Source: a candidate division WOR-3 bacterium (GTDB lineage Bacteria > Hydrothermota > Tepidihabitantia > SM23-42 > JAOAFX01). From it: a stretch of 54,578 nt of DNA. Of the stretch, positions 48,635-54,578 are shown piece by piece (the first letter of the stretch is position 1; each line of letters starts with the position of its first letter). The notes under the pieces were generated by a model. It saw only the letters and a list, made by a program, of their open reading frames with translations, searched no databases and was not told the DNA's origin. The translations under genes and the position numbers were made by a program. The stretch is taken from contig JBBILZ010000008.1 of the NCBI GenBank assembly GCA_037444665.1, forward strand, positions 1-54,578. Reading direction: 5' to 3'.

Positions 48635-50137
48635 ATGATTGCAGTTATTGATTTTGGTTCCCAATACACACAACTCATTGCTCGTCGGGTACGCGAATGT
48701 GGTGTTTATTCAGAAATTTTTAGTTGTTTTATTGATAAATTGGATATTGCTGGTCTTGAAGGAATTATTCTCTCTGGTGGTCCTGGAAGTGTATACAAAA
48801 CAAATATAAATCGTTTTAAACATTTCTTTTCCTATGGTGTCCCGGTAATGGGAATATGCTATGGAATGCAATTGACTGCTCAACTCTTTGGCGGTAGGGT
48901 TCAACATATCAGAACACGGGAATACGGACCCGCAGTGATCAAAATAAACAAAAATCAATTATTTTTAAATATGCCCTTAATTTCTAAGGTCTGGATGAGC
49001 CATGGTGATTCTGTAGTAAAATTACCCCCCGGAGCAAAAATCATTGCATCCACTGAGACCAATCCGATTGCAGGTTTCCAGCTGAATAAATTTTATTGTC
49101 TCCAATTCCACCCTGAAGTGAGGCATACCCAATTCGGAACTAAAATAATAAGAAATTTTCTTTTTAAGATATGTGAAGCCAGGAAATCCTGGTCAATGGA
49201 AAGATTTATTGAAGAAAAAGTTCGAGAAATTAGGGAGACGGTCAGGAATAAGAAGGCAATCTGCGCAATAAGTGGTGGTGTTGATTCCACAGTTGCTGGT
49301 GTGCTTACTGCACGGGCGATCGGTAAGAATTTTGTTGGCATATTCGTTGATAATGGATTGTTGCGCTACAGGGAGAGGGAAGAGGTTGTTAGAAATTTGA
49401 AAGGCCGCGTTAATCTGAAAGTTGTGAATGCAAAAAAAAGATTTTTAGAAAAATTAAAAAATGTAACTCACCCAGAGCAAAAAAGAAAGATTATTGGTAA
49501 TGAATTTATCCGGGTATTTGAGAACGAGGCAAAGAAAATAAAAGGTATTGAATACCTAATTCAGGGAACGCTCTATCCTGATGTCATTGAATCTGGTAAA
49601 GGCATTGGTCCTTCCGCAGTGATAAAGAGCCATCACAATGTTGGCGGGCTTCCTGAGAAGATGGATTTGAAGATTTTGGAACCATTGAGGATGCTTTTCA
49701 AAGACGAGGTCAGGAAGATCGGCAGAAAATTGAAAATTCCCGGTATATTCATTGAAAGAAAACCATTCCCCGGTCCAGGACTTGCGGTCCGCATTGTGGG
49801 TGCGGTGACGAGAGAGAGATTAGATATTTTACGACAGGCAGACAGAATTTTACAGGAAGAAGCGATGAAATTGAAGCACTATAAAGATATCTGGCAGATA
49901 TTTGCAGTTTTACTGCCTCTTGGCACTGTGGGTGTGATGGGAGACAGGCGCACCTATGAGTCAGTATGTGCAATCAGGGCAGTCCAGAGCGAGGATGGCA
50001 TGACAGCGGATTGGGTAAGATTGCCTGATGAATTTTTGAGTCGTGTATCAAGGAGAATAACCAATGAAGTGAGCGGTATTAATCGTGTGGTTTTTGATAT
50101 TACATCAAAACCACCCGCTACTATTGAGTGGGAATGA
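48635..50137 (+). CDS. guaA: GMP synthase
   Basis: DFGSQY, GICYGMQ, QFHPEV, SGGVDS, KSHHNVGG, KPPATIEWE. Confidence 0.97.
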   Translation: MIAVIDFGSQYTQLIARRVRECGVYSEIFSCFIDKLDIAGLEGIILSGGPGSVYKTNINRFKHFFSYGVPVMGICYGMQLTAQLFGGRVQHIRTREYGPAVIKINKNQLFLNMPLISKVWMSHGDSVVKLPPGAKIIASTETNPIAGFQLNKFYCLQFHPEVRHTQFGTKIIRNFLFKICEARKSWSMERFIEEKVREIRETVRNKKAICAISGGVDSTVAGVLTARAIGKNFVGIFVDNGLLRYREREEVVRNLKGRVNLKVVNAKKRFLEKLKNVTHPEQKRKIIGNEFIRVFENEAKKIKGIEYLIQGTLYPDVIESGKGIGPSAVIKSHHNVGGLPEKMDLKILEPLRMLFKDEVRKIGRKLKIPGIFIERKPFPGPGLAVRIVGAVTRERLDILRQADRILQEEAMKLKHYKDIWQIFAVLLPLGTVGVMGDRRTYESVCAIRAVQSEDGMTADWVRLPDEFLSRVSRRITNEVSGINRVVFDITSKPPATIEWE

Positions 50138-50138
50138 T

Positions 50139-51554
50139 ATGTGCGGTATAATTGGCATTATTGCTAAAAGCAGGATAATTGATAGTATCTACCCGGGTCT
50201 GATTGCACTTCAGCATCGTGGCCAGGATGCTGCAGGTGCAGTCACCTATGACCATACCTTCCACCTGAAAAAAGGGCAGGGCCTTGTAACTAATGTTTTC
50301 AATCCCAAGAATATAACAAGATTGGATGGAAATATTGGAATTGGCCATGTTCGTTATCCAACGATTGGACCTGGAGCGATTGAAGATGCACAGCCATTTA
50401 TTATCTATATGCCCTATGGTATTGCCCTTGCCCATAATGGCAATCTGGTAAATTACTTTGACTTAAAAAAAGAAATTATTGAAAAAGAGCACCGTTATCT
50501 TAATTCAAACTGCGATGCAGAAATAATTCTTAATCTGTTATCAATAGAGTTAGCAAAGATGGATTTACAGAGTTTTAGTGAGCAGATGTTTTTCAATGCC
50601 CTGAATGGCGTATACAAGAGATTGATTGGCAGTTTTTCTGTGGTGGGCATCGTTGCCAATAAGGGTATATTTGCATTTCGTGACAAAAATGGTATAAAAC
50701 CTCTGGTCTATGGAAAGAACAGCAGCGGTTATATTTTCGCCTCTGAGAGTGTTGCCCTTGATGTATTGGGTTGTCCAAAATTTAGTGATGTAAGACCGGG
50801 TGAAGCAATTTTTATAGATGTGTCTGGTAAATTTTCTCGCAGGCAGATTTGTGAGGGGACAAAGGCGACCTGTATTTTTGAATATGTTTATTTTGCCCGT
50901 CCTGATTCGGTTATTGATGGAATTGGGGTTTATGAAGCAAGGTTAAGACTTGGAGAGGAATTGGGAAAAGAGTGTAAGAGGCTCGGAATTAAACCAGATG
51001 TAGTAATTCCGGTTCCTGATACAGCAAGGGGTTCAGCACAGTTGGTAGCCGAAATTCTTGGAGTGAAACACCGTGAAGGGTTGATTAAGAATCGTTATAT
51101 TTACAGAACTTTTATTATGCCAACACAGGCAGAAAGAATTGAGGCAGTAAGGATGAAATTGAATCCGATAAAATCTGAGATAAAAAATAAAAAAATATTA
51201 TTGATTGATGACTCAATTGTTCGGGGTAATACCTCAAAAGAGATAATTGAACTTGTCCGCAGTGCGGGTGCAAAAAAGGTCTTTTATGGCGTCTATTCAC
51301 CGCCTCTTAAATACCCATGTGTTTATGGAATTGATATGCAGACGAGGGGAGAGTTTATTGCAAGGAATAAATCAGTTGCTGCTATAAAAGAGAAGATTGG
51401 TGCAGATGCACTGGTTTACCAGACTATTGATGGGTTGGTAAAAGGTGTTGGAAAAGGCAAAAAAGAATTTTGTGCTGCCTGTTTTACTGGTAATTATCCG
51501 ACTGAGATTCCCGATGCCGCGCTCAAGAAAATTGAGAAAGACAGAGTAAAATAA
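50139..51554 (+). CDS. purF: Amidophosphoribosyltransferase
   Basis: MCGI, QHRGQ, GHVRYPT, HNGN, CIFEYVYFARPDS, DDSIVRG, four Fe-S-type Cys. Confidence 0.95.
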   Translation: MCGIIGIIAKSRIIDSIYPGLIALQHRGQDAAGAVTYDHTFHLKKGQGLVTNVFNPKNITRLDGNIGIGHVRYPTIGPGAIEDAQPFIIYMPYGIALAHNGNLVNYFDLKKEIIEKEHRYLNSNCDAEIILNLLSIELAKMDLQSFSEQMFFNALNGVYKRLIGSFSVVGIVANKGIFAFRDKNGIKPLVYGKNSSGYIFASESVALDVLGCPKFSDVRPGEAIFIDVSGKFSRRQICEGTKATCIFEYVYFARPDSVIDGIGVYEARLRLGEELGKECKRLGIKPDVVIPVPDTARGSAQLVAEILGVKHREGLIKNRYIYRTFIMPTQAERIEAVRMKLNPIKSEIKNKKILLIDDSIVRGNTSKEIIELVRSAGAKKVFYGVYSPPLKYPCVYGIDMQTRGEFIARNKSVAAIKEKIGADALVYQTIDGLVKGVGKGKKEFCAACFTGNYPTEIPDAALKKIEKDRVK

Positions 51555-51571
51555 TATTGTTTAAATAACTA

Positions 51572-52147
51572 CTAAAATTTTAATTCCCTGCCCCAGAGAT
51601 TATGTGAAACAATTTCTTTGAGTTGTTTGCGCGGTCTTGGGTTAATTCCACCAATCCCTTCAGCAGTGGAAGGATTTTTTGGATAACCAAAGACAACAAG
51701 CATGGCTATGCGATAATGGTCAGGGATTTTTAATAATTTTTTAAGATGCTTTTCATTGAACCAGCCACTAAAACAAGTTCCAATACCGAGTTCTGTCGCT
51801 TCCAGTACCATATGGGTCATTGCGATTGATATATCTATCAAATGATTCTCATGTCCATACAGACCAGCAAGAAAATGGGTGATTTTTTTTGTATAGCAAC
51901 CAACAATGACCAGTGGCGCATCTTTAATCCAGGAGATGATACTCTTTGTTCCGACAACAACTTTTTCAGGTATCTTTTTTATTAAATTTTCATCATCAAC
52001 TACGACGAAATGCCATGCCTGGCGATTACTTGATGATGGAGCAAGCCTGCCTGCTTCAAGAATTTTTCGTATGTTTTCTTGCTCAATTTTTTTTGGTGAA
52101 AATTCGCGGACGCTTCTCCGCCATTTTATTGTTTCAAAAACATCCAT
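51572..52147 (-). CDS. Nitroreductase family protein
   Basis: RRSVREF, LAPSSSNRQAW, ELGIGTC, GYP, RPRK. Confidence 0.9.
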   Translation of the reverse strand: MDVFETIKWRRSVREFSPKKIEQENIRKILEAGRLAPSSSNRQAWHFVVVDDENLIKKIPEKVVVGTKSIISWIKDAPLVIVGCYTKKITHFLAGLYGHENHLIDISIAMTHMVLEATELGIGTCFSGWFNEKHLKKLLKIPDHYRIAMLVVFGYPKNPSTAEGIGGINPRPRKQLKEIVSHNLWGRELKF

Positions 52148-52214
52148 ATAGATTGTTTGTTATTTATGGACTGGATGCTGATTAAAGGTATCCAGCCTCA
52201 GACATTTCTTTTAC

Positions 52215-52508
52215 TTACGGCTTTATCTTCTCCATTATCATATTCTTTAATATTTTTGATGGTTTAAAAAATGGCACATATCTATCAGGAAGTGTGAAGA
52301 CCTTGCCGGTCTTTGGTGCTTTTGATGTTCTACCCGGTCTTTTTCTCAGTTCAAAAGTTCCAAATTTTCTTATCTCAACCCTTTTGTCTTTTATTAATGT
52401 TTCTATAACCAAATCCAGAAATGCATCAATAAGTTTTTCAATATCTACCTTAGGATATATTGACCCAAATTTTGCAGATATTGCTTCAATAAGAAATTCC
52501 CTACGCAT
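52215..52508 (-). CDS. HU/IHF family DNA-binding protein
   Basis: RVEIRKFGTF, PKTG, PFFKPSK. Confidence 0.88.
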   Translation of the reverse strand: MRREFLIEAISAKFGSIYPKVDIEKLIDAFLDLVIETLIKDKRVEIRKFGTFELRKRPGRTSKAPKTGKVFTLPDRYVPFFKPSKILKNMIMEKIKP

Positions 52509-52522
52509 TTTTACCTCCTATG

Positions 52523-52750
52523 TTATTTGCATCCCGCACAACTCGTGCGTTGACATCCAGTGCAAGAACTGGTGGCACTACTTGTTTCACCATTTGAACC
52601 TTTACTACAAAAACCAAAAATAGAAAATAATCGTTCAATATCCTTGCCACCACATCTTGGACATATTATGGTGTCCAACTCACCTTTTTTAATAATTAAA
52701 TCTTCAAATCTGTTTTTACATTTTTTGCAACGAAATTCGTATACTGGCAT
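52523..52750 (-). CDS. FmdB-family zinc-ribbon protein
   Basis: MPVYEFRCKKC...CPRCG...S, Cys-rich tail. Confidence 0.88.
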   Translation of the reverse strand: MPVYEFRCKKCKNRFEDLIIKKGELDTIICPRCGGKDIERLFSIFGFCSKGSNGETSSATSSCTGCQRTSCAGCK

Positions 52751-52772
52751 AATTACGCCAATTTTCCCCTAT

Positions 52773-52940
52773 CTATATACCAATCTGTTTTTTTCTTCGC
52801 TTGGACTTACGTCTCTCTGTCCAGGTACGTCGGTCATTTTTACCTAATTTTCCTTCTTCAATTAGCTTACGAAATTCGGCTTCAGTAAGAAGTTTTCTTC
52901 TTTCTTTTTTTCTACGTTCGGTTTTTTTTCTTCTTTCCAT
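52773..52940 (-). CDS. Small basic protein with [DE]RR repeats
   Basis: MERRKKTERRKKERR...NDRR..TERR; SD-like AAAGGA before ATG at 52940. Confidence 0.55.
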   Translation of the reverse strand: MERRKKTERRKKERRKLLTEAEFRKLIEEGKLGKNDRRTWTERRKSKRRKKQIGI

Positions 52941-52974
52941 TTTGTTCCTTTTTTGTTTATTTTTTTGCACAAAA

Positions 52975-53046
<72 letters not shown>

Positions 53047-53053
53047 ATGGTAA

Positions 53054-53081
53054 ATTATACTTAAAAAACTGACTTTGTCAA
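53054..53081 (-). promoter_or_regulatory. Sigma70 promoter of tRNA-fMet
   Basis: TTGACA-16-TATAAT, 7 nt before the tRNA 5' end. Confidence 0.75.
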
Positions 53082-54355
53082 GGATACATAGCAGTGAATA
53101 TTGTTTTAATCTCTTTTTTATTGGGGATTGTAATGATAGAAAAATTGATAACTGAATTGAGATTTTGTTTCATTAAGATTAAACCAAACAATTCTGCGAT
53201 AAATATGGCAAGGGCAACACCAATACCTTTGAATATATATCCCAGGATAATGGTGAGTATTAGATTGGTTAGGGCAGTGATGACGATTACCTTAAAGAAT
53301 TTCTTTTCTTGATTCAGGGCAATCAATGCATAGCCCCAGATTGTATTCAGTGGTGCAATAATAAAATATAAGACAAGAATTCTGAAGATTGCTGTTGTCT
53401 GATAAAAATCTGGACCGTAGATAAGGTTTATGATTTTATATGCAAATAGTTCACAGATAATTGCGACAACTATTGTAATTCCGAGCACAAGTTGAGAAAA
53501 TATAGTAAAAATTTTTTTGAGCACTTCACCTGACTGTCTTGCCTGTTTTGATAATATGGGGAAAAATAAATAATAGATCATTCTTTCCACAAGCAAAAGG
53601 AATAGCATAATTTTAAACCCGGCACTGAAAAAGCCAACTTCAGTCTCGCTATGGAATATTCCGAGAAATATTACAGGAAAATTCATCGCTGATTGATAGA
53701 TTATTGTGGCAAGCCCTATTGGCAGAGCAAGGGAAAAAGTATGGTATAAATTTGTAAGGTTGAAACAGAATTTCAATTCTGAATATTTCTTGAAATAAAT
53801 GAAGATTAAAATTAATGTGGATAAAGCAGAAGCTCCTAAATAAACTAATGGAACTGTAAGAATCTGTTCTTTTATTTTAAGTAATAAGATGATTAAAAGA
53901 AAGTAGCTTGCATACTGTATAATCCTGCCTAAACCAACAAATTCCATCTCTTCACGCGCCTGAAAAACAAATTCAAGATACAGGGCATTGGGTATGCCAG
54001 TAATGACATACAAAACAATAAGTTTTTTGGTTAAGGTGTTACCAGGAATGAGTAATAAAAATATTGAAAATATAAAATATAAAATGATTGTCAGGAAAAG
54101 CCTTGTGCTTACAATATTGCCGATTATTTTTAAATTATTTTTATCCCTTGCTACCTCACGTGTTCCCAATGTTGTGAGCCCCATATTATTGAATAGTAAT
54201 AGGTAAGTCAAAAATGCGAGGCAGTAATTTATTATGCCAAATCCATCAACACCAAGGGTACGGGCAATATACGCATTTACTACAAAACCCAGAAAATGGC
54301 TTAACCCTTCACTTGCAGAGAGCAAAAAAAAGTTTTTGGATAATTGTTTTATCAT
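53078..54355 (-). CDS. Wzx-type polysaccharide flippase (MOP family)
   Basis: YIARTLGVDGFG, GLTTLGTREVAR, EVGFFSAG, about 12 TM segments. Confidence 0.85.
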   Translation of the reverse strand: MIKQLSKNFFLLSASEGLSHFLGFVVNAYIARTLGVDGFGIINYCLAFLTYLLLFNNMGLTTLGTREVARDKNNLKIIGNIVSTRLFLTIILYFIFSIFLLLIPGNTLTKKLIVLYVITGIPNALYLEFVFQAREEMEFVGLGRIIQYASYFLLIILLLKIKEQILTVPLVYLGASALSTLILIFIYFKKYSELKFCFNLTNLYHTFSLALPIGLATIIYQSAMNFPVIFLGIFHSETEVGFFSAGFKIMLFLLLVERMIYYLFFPILSKQARQSGEVLKKIFTIFSQLVLGITIVVAIICELFAYKIINLIYGPDFYQTTAIFRILVLYFIIAPLNTIWGYALIALNQEKKFFKVIVITALTNLILTIILGYIFKGIGVALAIFIAELFGLILMKQNLNSVINFSIITIPNKKEIKTIFTAMYP

Positions 54356-54382
54356 TATAAGAGAATCTAAAAAAGGACAATA

Positions 54383-54578
54383 CTATTTTGGCTTTTTATG
54401 CTGGTATGTGCATATTTCGTAGAGGTGGCATATTCCACATTTGGGGTCTTTTGCAGTGCATATATACCTTCCAAATAGTACCAATCCATTAGAGATAAAT
54501 CGCCATTTTTCTACAGGAAAGATTTTTGCCAGGTCTTGCTCAATATCATCGGCATTTTTAGCCCTGCTCAATTTTAAT
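54383..54578 (-). CDS. nth: Endonuclease III, C-terminal part (5'-partial)
   Basis: IEQDL...W...LVLFGRYICTAKDPKCGICHLYEIC [4Fe-4S] motif. Confidence 0.88.
   Translation of the reverse strand, partial: LKLSRAKNADDIEQDLAKIFPVEKWRFISNGLVLFGRYICTAKDPKCGICHLYEICTYQHKKPK

Noticed and set aside
47072..50138. Long N-terminal extensions on glnA (47072) and purF (50085); likewise lptG (6951) and the TPR gene (32539)
   Set aside because: They overlap upstream genes; downstream ATGs match SD, coupling or family N-termini (PurF needs N-terminal Cys)

Overview
AT-rich, gene-dense bacterial chromosome segment. It looks diderm (lpxH, lptFG, lnt, AsmA, TonB-dependent receptor, secreted peptidases with FlgD/T9SS-like tails), and its style suggests an FCB-related uncultured lineage such as WOR-3 (inference only). 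Most genes are housekeeping: hutH-like lyase, rqcH, lipB, two glnA, ligA, valS, mutM, tRNA nucleotidyltransferase, pruA, guaA, purF, HU, nth, tRNA-Gly and tRNA-fMet. Main points of interest: (1) a sigma54/PilR-type type IV pilin locus with an archaeal AglB-like (STT3) oligosaccharyltransferase between two pilin paralogues, only one of which has N-X-S/T sequons; (2) two families of MITE-like elements carrying GTAG-type REP hairpins with covarying stems and nested 33-bp hairpin inserts; (3) a near-uniform TTGAC-16 bp-TANNNT promoter layout with many apparently leaderless genes; (4) strong D-S/T enrichment in exported proteins; (5) four genes broken at short tandem duplications, which may be assembly artefacts; (6) an Ala-Cys-Gly MIO motif in the ammonia-lyase. 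All calls come from reading the sequence by eye; no searches were run.
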